From a virus, in the IMG/VR virus record IMGVR_UViG_3300025435_000010, positions 67,145 to 131,144 of that record: 64,000 nt of DNA. One strand, written 5' to 3'. A program made the translations under genes and the position numbers. The notes below the pieces were generated by a model. The model was not told where the DNA came from, did no database searches, and worked only from the letters and a program-made list of their open reading frames with translations. The first letter of the stretch is position 1; each line of letters starts with the position of its first letter. Positions 1 to 9,747 of this stretch are shown here, one piece after another.

Positions 1-712
1 TTTTTTCCTTAACTTGTTCTAATTCTTGTTCAATTTTTAAAATCTGATTGAATGCTTTTTGTGCCTTGAGAACCTCTGGTCTAAGATCAATTGAATGAAA
101 TAAATCAACATTTGGTAAAATAAATTTTACTTCTTTATCATTGATAGCAATTAATTTTTTTCTAATAGAGTCGACATTAACACCTTCTTCTGCTTGAATG
201 CTAATGACAATAAATGTTGACCATGCACCGAGTTTTTCTTTATTATACTGAGCTACAACAAAGCTTACTTTACCCGATGTTGGATCTGCCTCTAAAGCAT
301 TAGGTGAATAAAGCCATTCAAGCTGTACAGTGACATTATGTTTACCTATAATAGGTAATACAAGGTGCTTGATACGGTCAAAGCTATTTACAAACGCCTC
401 TCTTGCAGGTAGATATTTTATGGCAGTTGCAAAGCCTTCAGGTTCATATACTTTACCAGAATAGCTAGAACGTACAAAGAAGCCGTGTTCATCGTTACCC
501 ACTTTAAGAGCCATTCCATCAACTTTTTCTGTTACTGTTGAATTTTCAGGAGTAATTTGACCTTTGTTTTGCTGTAAAAAGGTAATAAATTGCTTAAAAT
601 TTTCCGGTGACATCGAATAAAGTTCTGGTTTATTCTGTGAATAGAGATGCTGTATACCAATACGATCACCTTCTTTAGTAGCTTCTGTAATAAATTGTTT
701 AAACGTTATCAT
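1..712 (-). CDS. Partial ORF (runs off the window); ligase-superfamily nucleotidyltransferase-like, DUF6267-like protein
   Basis: Not in the ORF track. Hand translation from ATG 712 gives MITFKQFITEATKEGDRIGIQHL...VTEKVDGMALKVG; TEKxDG resembles motif I (KxDG) of ligase-type nucleotidyltransferases. ATGA overlap with the upstream ORF. Confidence 0.55.
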   Translation of the reverse strand, partial: MITFKQFITEATKEGDRIGIQHLYSQNKPELYSMSPENFKQFITFLQQNKGQITPENSTVTEKVDGMALKVGNDEHGFFVRSSYSGKVYEPEGFATAIKYLPAREAFVNSFDRIKHLVLPIIGKHNVTVQLEWLYSPNALEADPTSGKVSFVVAQYNKEKLGAWSTFIVISIQAEEGVNVDSIRKKLIAINDKEVKFILPNVDLFHSIDLRPEVLKAQKAFNQILKIEQELEQVKEK

Positions 713-1404
713 ATAAATGTATGCCCGGTTGTAGCTTCAGCATCTTGAACAATTTCTTTTGCCTTTTCAGCTCCGTATATCCAAATAAGCTTTCGAACTA
801 TTGCCTGTACATTATTTAGATCATTAGCTGTTGCTTTCTTGTTAAAAATAGTTTTAGCAATAGTATCAGGATCTTTTGTAATAATTTGTTTTGTATTCCT
901 ATCTACTAAACCATTTATTGATAATGAATAACCCTTATTCTTTGCTACAGCTGAGAGAAGTATATTGCGGTCCTTACCTTTAAACGGTGCCGTTTCATTT
1001 GAAGCATAGAACCATTTTAGGTAATCAGGATCATCACTAAACATAAAATCAACCTGAACATGTTTTTTTGTAACATTACCTTGTTTATCCCAGATAGGTG
1101 AAAGAAAATGTACAGATATTCCCGACTTTTTTGTACCAATAGTATCTACACTATGTTGTTTCCAATAAGCTTGTAATTTATTTTCAAGTTCTGTTTTATT
1201 TACTGTTTTTGAATCAACTACAAGATCAATATCACCTGAATCAGCCGCTTTACCTGTTGAACCTAACATATTATCTTTAAGAGGCAGACCTGTAATTTCC
1301 TCGAGCTTGTGTACAGTAGACGCAACATCCTCACGTGTAATACGACATGTATTACTAAAAACATTACCCCCCTCTTTAAGAAAATATTCTTTAAATGTTA
1401 GCAT
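709..1404 (-). CDS. Pol-beta-superfamily nucleotidyltransferase-like protein
   Basis: LGSTGKAADSGDIDL fits hGS-x(7-10)-DxD, with a later VQVDF third carboxylate; N-terminus FKEYFLKEGGNVF. Confidence 0.65.
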   Translation of the reverse strand: MLTFKEYFLKEGGNVFSNTCRITREDVASTVHKLEEITGLPLKDNMLGSTGKAADSGDIDLVVDSKTVNKTELENKLQAYWKQHSVDTIGTKKSGISVHFLSPIWDKQGNVTKKHVQVDFMFSDDPDYLKWFYASNETAPFKGKDRNILLSAVAKNKGYSLSINGLVDRNTKQIITKDPDTIAKTIFNKKATANDLNNVQAIVRKLIWIYGAEKAKEIVQDAEATTGHTFI

Positions 1405-1840
1405 CTTTGATATATGGATCTTGCTTTTTCATTGCAGCAAGTATATGTTTATATTTGTTAATAAAGTTACTCGTATTAATACTGCTAATGTATTGCTTAA
1501 CGTTTATATTATCTAAACGCTCAGGATTATCAGCGTACATTTCATTCTGTTTAATAGCAGCTTCTAAAGCTGTTTGTACAGGAAAAGCATTCTCAGCAGT
1601 AATTTCTGTTCTAAAAATTTCATCTAAAGCACCTGCCGGAAAAGACATCGCAGTCGCTTTCGCAAGTAACTTTACAAGACCAACATACCCTTCAGGTGCA
1701 ACTGGAGCAAGTTCATTAGCTACCGGTTCAGGTGTTGCGTTAGGATCCGGAGCAGTGGCATCTTGTGTTGTATCTGGCGCTGTTTCTCCATCTTCGCTTA
1801 TTATACTCCACTGCTCATTAATTTTATCAAGAAATTTCAT
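1391..1840 (-). CDS. Hypothetical late protein
   Basis: 149-aa ORF; TAAATA 6 nt upstream; acidic, Pro-rich N-terminal segment. Confidence 0.6.
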   Translation of the reverse strand: MKFLDKINEQWSIISEDGETAPDTTQDATAPDPNATPEPVANELAPVAPEGYVGLVKLLAKATAMSFPAGALDEIFRTEITAENAFPVQTALEAAIKQNEMYADNPERLDNINVKQYISSINTSNFINKYKHILAAMKKQDPYIKDANI

Positions 1841-1856
1841 TGTAAGTATTTAATAC

Positions 1857-2471
1857 TTATATGAAGAGAAGTTGCTTTGTTTTGAGTTGATTAAAATACT
1901 TCTCACTAAGAAATGTAAGATTATTTCGCTTAGCAAAGCTTTTTACCCTAGCAAAAGTGTAGTGTGATCTCATAAAGTCTTTATTCCATAAAAAATTACG
2001 TAACCGTTCAATAAGTTCAACAGCATTACCGTCACGCTTATCATATGCTTCTTTAAGTTGACTAAATTTAATATCATGCTTATTGTATAATTTACGTAGC
2101 ATCTCAAAATTTGAATCCTTTGTATAACCATAAATGCTTATAGGTAATAATTTTGCAATTTGTATAACTACTTGATCGATATGTTTTTGTATATCGTTTT
2201 CTTTAAAATATTGCAGCATTAATAATGCATCTGTACAATTTGTTTTAAGTATAATTACTCTTTCTTTTGTTTTAAGAGCTAAAAGATATTCACAAAGACC
2301 GTGAAAGATATGATGATATAAGAGTTTCTTTATATCTCTGTTAATTATTTTGGAATTTAAAAGCTGATATTTTGAAAGATCATTAATCAGATCAATTTCT
2401 ATAGATCTATAGATAGAAGTAAAATCTATAAGTTGTAAATTAAACTGTTTAAAGGTACAACTCTCAATCAC
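1857..2471 (-). CDS. Hypothetical protein
   Basis: 204-aa ORF with GTG start preceded by TTGCAA-N17-TATAAT. Confidence 0.6.
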   Translation of the reverse strand: MIESCTFKQFNLQLIDFTSIYRSIEIDLINDLSKYQLLNSKIINRDIKKLLYHHIFHGLCEYLLALKTKERVIILKTNCTDALLMLQYFKENDIQKHIDQVVIQIAKLLPISIYGYTKDSNFEMLRKLYNKHDIKFSQLKEAYDKRDGNAVELIERLRNFLWNKDFMRSHYTFARVKSFAKRNNLTFLSEKYFNQLKTKQLLFI

Positions 2472-2477
2472 TAATTC

Positions 2478-2506
2478 ATTATAACCTCATAATTTAAATT
2501 TTGCAA
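2478..2506 (-). promoter_or_regulatory. sigma70-type promoter
   Basis: Minus-strand TTGCAA (2506-2501), 17-nt spacer, TATAAT (2483-2478), 6 nt before GTG 2471. Confidence 0.65.
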
Positions 2507-2912
2507 GCTCTTGTTTTGGAGCCTTACCAATCCTCACATTGCATATACCGTTATAATAATCATCTCTTAGGAGTACATCCTCACCTAACTGTTCTTTAAT
2601 TTCATAATAAGCTAACGCCCACTTTGAATCACAGGTACGTAAGATTTTAAAAATAAATTTATCCTTTCCATACTTCTTGATATCTGCATTAAGTTCATTT
2701 GATGAGCTTGTATATGATTTCCAGTCAGACTCCTTATAATCAATTCGATTATTCTTTTTACCCTTTAATGGCTTACGCTTAATACGACTTGTACATTGCT
2801 TTTTACCAATATATTTTTTATTGCTTATTGTATTGATAATCAAATAAATGAACCCGAACGTATTCTCGCTAACATTTACACCATCATTTAAGATCCAATG
2901 TCCACTATCCAT
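2487..2912 (-). CDS. Short GIY-YIG endonuclease
   Basis: FGFIYLIINTISNKKYIGKK (GIY-YIG motif), downstream YYN motif. Confidence 0.8.
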   Translation of the reverse strand: MDSGHWILNDGVNVSENTFGFIYLIINTISNKKYIGKKQCTSRIKRKPLKGKKNNRIDYKESDWKSYTSSSNELNADIKKYGKDKFIFKILRTCDSKWALAYYEIKEQLGEDVLLRDDYYNGICNVRIGKAPKQELAKFKL

Positions 2913-2923
2913 ATAGATAGTTA

Positions 2924-3172
2924 TTACATTCCCGTTGAATATATACCTCTACGCTGTACAGGTACTTTTCTTTTCTTCTTCCTACCTATCTTCTTACCAC
3001 CTAAAATTGATGGAATTCGTGCATCACCTGGTGCATATGCTGCATCGTTTTGGGAGGGAAATTGATTTCCGTAATTACCTGAAGTAGCTGGACCAGTAAC
3101 AGCACCTGTTCCCCCTACAACATTTGCGAGTTCTGTTAATAATTGATCTACAAGTTTATTAAAATTGCTCAT
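2924..3172 (-). CDS. Small hypothetical late protein with basic C-terminus
   Basis: 82-aa ORF, TAAGTA 7 nt upstream, KKIGRKKKRK tail. Confidence 0.55.
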   Translation of the reverse strand: MSNFNKLVDQLLTELANVVGGTGAVTGPATSGNYGNQFPSQNDAAYAPGDARIPSILGGKKIGRKKKRKVPVQRRGIYSTGM

Positions 3173-3207
3173 TGATTTTTACTTACCTTATACTATATTT
3201 AAGTTTA

Positions 3208-3597
3208 ATGCTTGAAGAATATATAAAAGAACTTGAAGAAGATCTTAAGATTAATGAGTTAAATCTTAAAGACTATCAACTTCGCTTACCTGCTATTAAA
3301 CATAAATGGACAGGTAGATGTATTCGTCTTAAATCCCAGATTAACTCTCTCAAGAAACAAAGAGATAAAGTCAAATCTGATATAATGTCTGAAATTGACC
3401 ATACAAGTAACGTAAAGCTAACACAGCCTATTATAGCCGCAACAGCAGACAAGCATAGTCGAATTCAAGATATTAATTTAAAAATACAAGACGCGGAATT
3501 AATTGTTGAACTCTTAGAACGCTCAGAAAAAACTTTAAGCAGCTGTAGTTATGATATAAGCAATATAATAAAGATAATGCAGCTTGAAACAACATGA
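3208..3597 (+). CDS. uvsY: UvsY-like recombination mediator
   Basis: Helical ~130-aa protein (LEEDLKINELNL...IKHKW...YDISNIIK) directly before UvsW as in T4-like phages; start moved to ATG 3208. Confidence 0.65.
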   Translation: MLEEYIKELEEDLKINELNLKDYQLRLPAIKHKWTGRCIRLKSQINSLKKQRDKVKSDIMSEIDHTSNVKLTQPIIAATADKHSRIQDINLKIQDAELIVELLERSEKTLSSCSYDISNIIKIMQLETT

Positions 3598-5057
3598 TAA
3601 AGTTTGATTATGACGAGAAAAAAAGATTAGGTATTATATCGGGTGATTTATTCGACGAAATACGAGAATATTTTTCTGTAAAAAATGAAGCAGCACACTT
3701 TATGCGTAGACGTGGTAGGTTTATGCCTGCTAGGACATATGCTATAACACCTACAGGTAGATTTGAACCTTGTTTGTATACGGAAATTAAAAAGTTTATA
3801 ACGAGTCAGCAATATGTAGGTGAGATTGAATATAGTAAAGAATTATTCGAACAAGTTGTACCTGCAAGACATGGCTGGCATCAGCAATTAGATTTTAAAA
3901 GCGAAATTTATCCTCTTAAGTTAAATTTAAGAGACTATCAAGAAGATATAGTTAAGGAATGTATGTTTAATGGCAGAGGTACAATTATCTTAGCAACAGC
4001 AGGTGGTAAAACCCTAACATCAGCCTCTTTAATATCGAAAATTTACAGCTTGTACATGTCTGCATATAATAAAAAAAGCTTTAAATGTCTTTTTATTGTA
4101 CCGGATAGAGGTCTTGCATCACAGACTTATCAAGATTTTATTGATTATGGTGTACCGTTTAGTGTCTCAAAATGGACTGGGGATGATGACTTAAATCTAT
4201 CTACTAATGTTGTTGTATCTAATCTTGGTATCCTACAAAGTAAAAATAGTAATTTAGATTGGCTTGAAGATATTGATCTTCTTATCGTTGATGAAGTACA
4301 TAAAATTCGTAAAGGCAATAAAATAAATGATATTCTTAAGAAGATTAAAACACCATATAAATTTGGATTTACAGGTACAATGCCTGAAGAGAATCTCGAT
4401 CAATGGAATATTATAGGTAAGATAGGTCCTATAATTTATGAGAAAAATAGCTACGACTTAAGACAGGAAAGCTACGTTAGTAATGCATCTATTCAAATTA
4501 TAAAATTAATTCATAAAAACGAACCAAAGAAAAGCGATAACGGTAACGCGTATAGAGAAGAAATAGAATATCTTACTACCTCTATTTTTCGTAATGAACT
4601 CATAGCAAGACTTGCTAAGGGATTAAACCAGAATTCACTTATTATGGTTGATTATATTCAACACGGGGAGCTGTTATTTGATATTATTCAACGAATGATG
4701 CCTGAAAAACAATGTTTCTTTATTCGTGGAGAAGTAGAAGTTGAAGAAAGAGATCGTGTCAGACAACTTATGGAGACTAATAGTAATGTTGTTGTAGTTG
4801 CTATATCGAAAATATTCTCAACTGGTATTAATATTAAAAACCTACACTATATTATTTTTGCATGTGGCGGTAAAGCTAAGATAAAAATCGTACAATCTAT
4901 TGGTCGAGGTCTTAGGTTGCATAAGGATAAATCTAAGCTTATAATATTTGATATTACTGATGATCTGCGCTATAGCGCAGCCCATGCATTAAAAAGACAA
5001 GCACTTTATGAAAAAGAACACATCCCGTTTGCAATCAAAAACATCGAAGAAAAGTAA
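3594..5057 (+). CDS. uvsW: UvsW-like superfamily 2 DNA helicase
   Basis: LRDYQ, ATAGGKT, DEVH, FTGT, STGINI and QSIGRGLR motifs. Confidence 0.9.
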   Translation: MIKFDYDEKKRLGIISGDLFDEIREYFSVKNEAAHFMRRRGRFMPARTYAITPTGRFEPCLYTEIKKFITSQQYVGEIEYSKELFEQVVPARHGWHQQLDFKSEIYPLKLNLRDYQEDIVKECMFNGRGTIILATAGGKTLTSASLISKIYSLYMSAYNKKSFKCLFIVPDRGLASQTYQDFIDYGVPFSVSKWTGDDDLNLSTNVVVSNLGILQSKNSNLDWLEDIDLLIVDEVHKIRKGNKINDILKKIKTPYKFGFTGTMPEENLDQWNIIGKIGPIIYEKNSYDLRQESYVSNASIQIIKLIHKNEPKKSDNGNAYREEIEYLTTSIFRNELIARLAKGLNQNSLIMVDYIQHGELLFDIIQRMMPEKQCFFIRGEVEVEERDRVRQLMETNSNVVVVAISKIFSTGINIKNLHYIIFACGGKAKIKIVQSIGRGLRLHKDKSKLIIFDITDDLRYSAAHALKRQALYEKEHIPFAIKNIEEK

Positions 5058-5619
5058 GCCGAAGAAAGAGCCTAAAATTCTTGATCTTAATCTTATTGGT
5101 AATGAGACAGAGGATATTGTTGATGTCTTACCTATTGAAGTTATTGAATCATTACCTATTGTCGATGAAGCAAGTCCTCCTAAAAAAGTAAAACCCAAGG
5201 ATAAGGTTCATTATGTTAATAGTAGAGAATTTGAAGATGAAATTAAAAGTTACTATAATACAGATGTAATGACAGATAAGTTATGCGAAAGTATTAACAA
5301 AATTGCTAACGGTTTATCTTATGCTCCAAACTTCTTAAATTATTCTTATAAAGAGGACATGGTCGGTGACGCTGTTGTTAAGATGTTTTCAGCTTTAAAG
5401 AATAAAAAATTTAAGATTGATTGTGGATTTAGCCCATTTTCGTATTTTACTACGATTGCTTTTCATGCTTTTATTAATAGAATTAAGAAAGAAAAAAAAC
5501 ATCACGAAGCTATTAATGAGTACCGGGATAAGGTGTACACAGAATTAATGTTGAATCCTGAAGAGAATAACGGTGCACATATTTACGTTGAGCCAACCGG
5601 TGACGATCCAGAAGAATAA
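5008..5619 (+). CDS. gp55: gp55-like late-transcription sigma factor
   Basis: HYVNSREF...IANGLSYAPNFLNYSYKEDMVGDA...PFSYFTTIAFHAFINRIKKEKK; sits before gp47/gp46. Confidence 0.85.
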   Translation: MKKNTSRLQSKTSKKSKPKKEPKILDLNLIGNETEDIVDVLPIEVIESLPIVDEASPPKKVKPKDKVHYVNSREFEDEIKSYYNTDVMTDKLCESINKIANGLSYAPNFLNYSYKEDMVGDAVVKMFSALKNKKFKIDCGFSPFSYFTTIAFHAFINRIKKEKKHHEAINEYRDKVYTELMLNPEENNGAHIYVEPTGDDPEE

Positions 5620-5621
5620 TT

Positions 5622-6680
5622 GTGGATATATTTTTAAATAAATCTAAAGTAGCTATATTTTCTGATTTGCACTTAGGTGTACATCTTGATTCAGTAACCT
5701 GGCATCAAGTGGCACTAGACTGGTGTGATTGGTTTGTATCTGAAATAACAAAACAAGATATTAAAGATGTTTTATTCTTAGGTGATTTTTTTCACCATAG
5801 AAGTGATATCTCGGTTGCTACGCTACATGTAGCGAGTTTAATACTCGATAAGTTAAATGATTTTAATATTGTAATGATTGTTGGTAATCATGATGCGTAT
5901 TATAAAGATAGAGCTGATGTAAATTCGCTATCCATTTTAAATGGTCGTAAAAATATAACAGTTATTAGTGAAACAGTAACAACAACATTGTTCGGTAGAT
6001 CTTTTTCTTTTATACCTTGGGGAGGTGATATAGATAAATTACCAAAATCTGATGCAATCTTTGGTCATTTAGAGATTGAGAGTTTTAAGATGAATAGTTA
6101 TAAGACCTGTGAACATGGTACAAAGACACGTGATCTTTTAACAAAATCAAATTTAGTAATGTCCGGTCACTTTCATCTCAGAGATGAACGAGTTTATGAT
6201 AACGGTACTATAGTATATGTTGGGAATCCGTTTGAAATGGACTTTGGTGATCTTGGAGGCATTAAAGGTTATTATTTGCTTAATTTAGAAACGCTAAAAT
6301 ATGAATTTTATGAAAATAAAATATCACCAAAGCATAAAAAAATTACATTAACTGAACTCACAAACGCAAAATCATTAACAGGTAGTGATATTAACGAAAT
6401 GGTAAATGGGCATTTTGTTAAGTTTATTGTTGATAAAAAGGTAAAGAGTGATATTATTGATACACTTATTCAAAAATTTTCCGTTTATAAGCCGCTAGCA
6501 TTTACAACAGATTATACATATACAGAAAATAATTATAATGTTGAAGATAAGGGATATGAATCAACCGGCGTCAACATGCAAGCCACAATTGAGGAGTTTA
6601 TAGATGTGCTAGAAATTGATAATAAAGAGAGTATAATCAAGTATTGCACCGATCTCTATAAACGTGCTTGTGAAGTATGA
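5622..6680 (+). CDS. gp47: gp47-like recombination nuclease (Mre11/SbcD family)
   Basis: Metallophosphoesterase motifs SDLHLG, LGDFF, VGNHD, GHL, SGHFH. Confidence 0.9.
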   Translation: MDIFLNKSKVAIFSDLHLGVHLDSVTWHQVALDWCDWFVSEITKQDIKDVLFLGDFFHHRSDISVATLHVASLILDKLNDFNIVMIVGNHDAYYKDRADVNSLSILNGRKNITVISETVTTTLFGRSFSFIPWGGDIDKLPKSDAIFGHLEIESFKMNSYKTCEHGTKTRDLLTKSNLVMSGHFHLRDERVYDNGTIVYVGNPFEMDFGDLGGIKGYYLLNLETLKYEFYENKISPKHKKITLTELTNAKSLTGSDINEMVNGHFVKFIVDKKVKSDIIDTLIQKFSVYKPLAFTTDYTYTENNYNVEDKGYESTGVNMQATIEEFIDVLEIDNKESIIKYCTDLYKRACEV

Positions 6681-8488
6681 AATATATAAATTTTAAAACA
6701 ATAACTATAAAGAACTTTCTTTCTGTTGGTAATGAGCCTGTATCTGTAGATTTTAAGCGAGGCTTGCACATTATTACAGGTATTAATAAAGACAAAGAAG
6801 ATAGACAAAACGGTGTTGGTAAGTCTACTGTTGCTGATGCCATTAATTTTGCCGTTTTTGGTGAAACTCTTAGAGACCTTAAAAAGGAATTTATTGTAAA
6901 TAGTATTAACAAGAAGAATTGCGAGGTTGTGTTAGAGGCTTCAATTAATCAATTTGATACTATTGAGAACATTAAAATTGTAAGAACATTAGAACCATCA
7001 AAGTGTTATATCCATATTAATGGTGAAGACAAAACACGCGACAGTATCTCAAATACAAACGACTTCATTATGAAGAAGTTTAATTGTACCCCGGAGATAT
7101 TTCAGAATTGTGTCATTATGACCATAAACAATACTACACCGTTTATGGCAAAGAAGAAGCAGGAGAAAAGAAAGTTTATTGAAGATATTTTTAATCTCGG
7201 TGTATTTAGTAATATGTCGACATTACTAAAAGCTGACGTCACAGATAATAAGAAAGCTCTTGATATTGAAGGTACAAGATATGAGGAAGTGGATAAAGTT
7301 CTTGGAAGCTATATTCGTCAGCGCGATAATACTCTTGAAGAGCGTAAACAAAAGCACGAAAAGTATACACAACGTAAGCTCAATAACGCTGATGAAATTA
7401 TTGAAGTATCAAAAAAAATTAACTCTTTTAAGGAAAAAAGTATTGACAATATTAACGAAGCAATCATTAAATTAAAGGATGCAAATACTAAAGTTGATGA
7501 TAAAATACAAGCTTGTCGCCATACAAGAAGTGAGAGCCAGACGTTAATCACACAAATTCAAAAACAATTAAATGCTGTAGGAACTGATAAAGATAAATGC
7601 CCTACATGTTTACGTTCAATTGAAGAGAGCGATAAAAATCATATTAAGAATGAAAAACAAAAGCTTAACAATGAAATCGATAGCCATAAAAGTACTATTG
7701 ATAAAGAAACAGATAACGAAACAACGTTAGTATCTAAACGCACAGATATTAATAATAAGATAAAAACTTTAGAAAATAGTATTCACGCATATAATCTTGA
7801 AATAAAAGATCAGCAAAATCAACAAGCGCGTTTAGATCAATTAAATGAATGGCAGACAATGCTTGACCAAGATTTAAAAGATCTCGAGCAAGCGTCTACG
7901 CAGTTTGATAAATTAATTGAAGAGAAACAAGACGAACTCAATAAGTTAATGGAAGGGCTTGATGTTATTAAAGAAACAACTAATGTTTTAGATGTTGTTA
8001 AATTTGTAGTATCAGAGGAGGGTGTTAAATCGTACATTGTCAAGAAAATTCTTCAGCTCTTTAATAGTAAACTTTCGTATTATCTTCAAAAAATGGACGC
8101 TAACTGTATTTGTACATTTAATGAGTATTTTGAAGAAGAGATTGTTGATACAAAAGGCAATGAACGTTCTTATTTTAATTTTAGTGGAGCTGAAAGAAAG
8201 AATATGGATCTTGCTTGCCTCTTTACATTCATGGATATGCGTAGGTTACAGGGTGATGTATGCTTTAATTTTAGTATTTACGATGAATTATTTGATTCGA
8301 GTCTTGATGCTAAAGGTATTGAGCTTGTAATTGGTGTACTTAAGGAACGTGTTGAAAAATATGATGAGAGTATTATGGTAATTAGCCATCGTAAGGAAAG
8401 TGTTAAAGCTGCGACAGGTGATGTTATTTTCTTAGAAAAATTAAATGGTATAACAAAACGTGTTGATTACAAGGAGTACACATCATAA
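6677..8488 (+). CDS. gp46: gp46-like recombination ATPase (Rad50/SbcC family)
   Basis: KNFLSVGN, NGVGKS Walker A, coiled coil with CPTC zinc hook, FSGAE signature, DELFDSSLD, ISH. Confidence 0.92.
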   Translation: MKYINFKTITIKNFLSVGNEPVSVDFKRGLHIITGINKDKEDRQNGVGKSTVADAINFAVFGETLRDLKKEFIVNSINKKNCEVVLEASINQFDTIENIKIVRTLEPSKCYIHINGEDKTRDSISNTNDFIMKKFNCTPEIFQNCVIMTINNTTPFMAKKKQEKRKFIEDIFNLGVFSNMSTLLKADVTDNKKALDIEGTRYEEVDKVLGSYIRQRDNTLEERKQKHEKYTQRKLNNADEIIEVSKKINSFKEKSIDNINEAIIKLKDANTKVDDKIQACRHTRSESQTLITQIQKQLNAVGTDKDKCPTCLRSIEESDKNHIKNEKQKLNNEIDSHKSTIDKETDNETTLVSKRTDINNKIKTLENSIHAYNLEIKDQQNQQARLDQLNEWQTMLDQDLKDLEQASTQFDKLIEEKQDELNKLMEGLDVIKETTNVLDVVKFVVSEEGVKSYIVKKILQLFNSKLSYYLQKMDANCICTFNEYFEEEIVDTKGNERSYFNFSGAERKNMDLACLFTFMDMRRLQGDVCFNFSIYDELFDSSLDAKGIELVIGVLKERVEKYDESIMVISHRKESVKAATGDVIFLEKLNGITKRVDYKEYTS

Positions 8489-8498
8489 AATATATCAC

Positions 8499-9716
8499 AT
8501 GATCTCTAGTCCTTTTGTATCTCCGTTTGTATCTCCTTTCGTACAGCCATACGGGTTAATTCCACAACAACCAATGCAACAGGAGATACCTCAGCCTCCT
8601 GAGATGAATTTAAAGCGTGTAATGAATTATTATGCCGATTATTCAGGCTGCGGTTTTTGGCGAATGATTTGGCCTGAACATATTTTAAATGCACATCAAA
8701 AAATGGTTGTACATGGTAGTACGATGATGTGCTTTGATCCAAATTATTTTAGAGGAGCTGAAGTTGTACGTATTCAGCGTCAGGCAACGGTACATCAATT
8801 AGAATTCATTAAGTTCTTAAAAAACTTAAGTAAGGATCTTGGATTTAGAATTATTTACGAAATTGACGATCTCGTCTTTAGTGAAGATATTCCTGATTAT
8901 AATAAATTTAAACCCGCCTTTACAGATCCTAATATTCGTAGAACAGCTCAGGAAATCATGGAGCTTTGCGATGAAGTTACTGTAACATGCGATTTCATGA
9001 AGGATTATTATATGGGTAAGACAGCTAATAAAAATGTTACTGTTATTCCGAATTATCCTCCTAAGTTCTGGATGGGTAACTTTTATAATGAAAAGAAAAT
9101 TTCAGATAATTTTGACAAATATCGCAAGAAGCCTCGTATTCTATATGCAGGTTCCGGTGCACATTTTGATGTAGATAATCGTGTTGGACAGAACGATGAC
9201 TTTGCGCATGTTAACCGTGTAATTCGCGCAACAAAAGACAAATATCAATGGGTGTTCCTTGGTGCATATCCCTTACCGTTACATGATCTTATTCAGAGCA
9301 AGGAATTCGAATTCCACCCTTGGGAGACACTTTACCGTTACCCCGAGCGTATTGCTAATCTTAATGTCCAGATGATGGTTGCACCTCTTCAAGACAATAC
9401 TTTCAATAAAGCAAAGTCTGATCTGAAGTTTGTAGAAGCATGTTGCTACGGATTACCGATCGCTTGTCAAAATCTTGTAACGTATCAAGATGCACCGTAT
9501 AAATTTGATACAGGTGAAGAAATGATCGATATTGTTGATGATGTTCTTTCAAAGAAAGGCCGTTATATGAACATTTCATCTTCCATGCGCCGTCGTGCAA
9601 ATGATCGTTGGTTAGAGAATGATAATAATATTGATAAGTACGTTGAACTACATACTCTACCATTCGGTCATAAAGATCGTAAGCTCCTAAATGCTATTAA
9701 TGGTATTAAGGCTTGA
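8499..9716 (+). CDS. GT-B fold glycosyltransferase-like protein
   Basis: GCGFWR, IIYEIDDL, DEVTVT, APLQDNTFNKAKSDLKFVEA motifs typical of phage GT4-like enzymes; likely start ATG 8499. Confidence 0.75.
   Translation: MISSPFVSPFVSPFVQPYGLIPQQPMQQEIPQPPEMNLKRVMNYYADYSGCGFWRMIWPEHILNAHQKMVVHGSTMMCFDPNYFRGAEVVRIQRQATVHQLEFIKFLKNLSKDLGFRIIYEIDDLVFSEDIPDYNKFKPAFTDPNIRRTAQEIMELCDEVTVTCDFMKDYYMGKTANKNVTVIPNYPPKFWMGNFYNEKKISDNFDKYRKKPRILYAGSGAHFDVDNRVGQNDDFAHVNRVIRATKDKYQWVFLGAYPLPLHDLIQSKEFEFHPWETLYRYPERIANLNVQMMVAPLQDNTFNKAKSDLKFVEACCYGLPIACQNLVTYQDAPYKFDTGEEMIDIVDDVLSKKGRYMNISSSMRRRANDRWLENDNNIDKYVELHTLPFGHKDRKLLNAINGIKA
8508..8549 (+). repeat. Imperfect 12-nt tandem repeat encoding (SPFV)x3
   Basis: agtccttttgta tctccgtttgta tctcctttcgta cagcca. 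Confidence 0.7.
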
Positions 9717-9741
9717 TTGTAGTATTAGGTTGTAATATACT
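9713..9741 (+). promoter_or_regulatory. sigma70-type promoter of the DNA polymerase
   Basis: TTGATT-N17-TATACT, 6 nt before GTG 9748. Confidence 0.65.
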
Positions 9742-9747
9742 TATTGG

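Noticed and set aside
2487-2912. GIY-YIG gene as a mobile homing endonuclease
   Set aside because: It is little more than the catalytic domain, with no DNA-binding extension or interrupted host gene, so mobility is unsupported.
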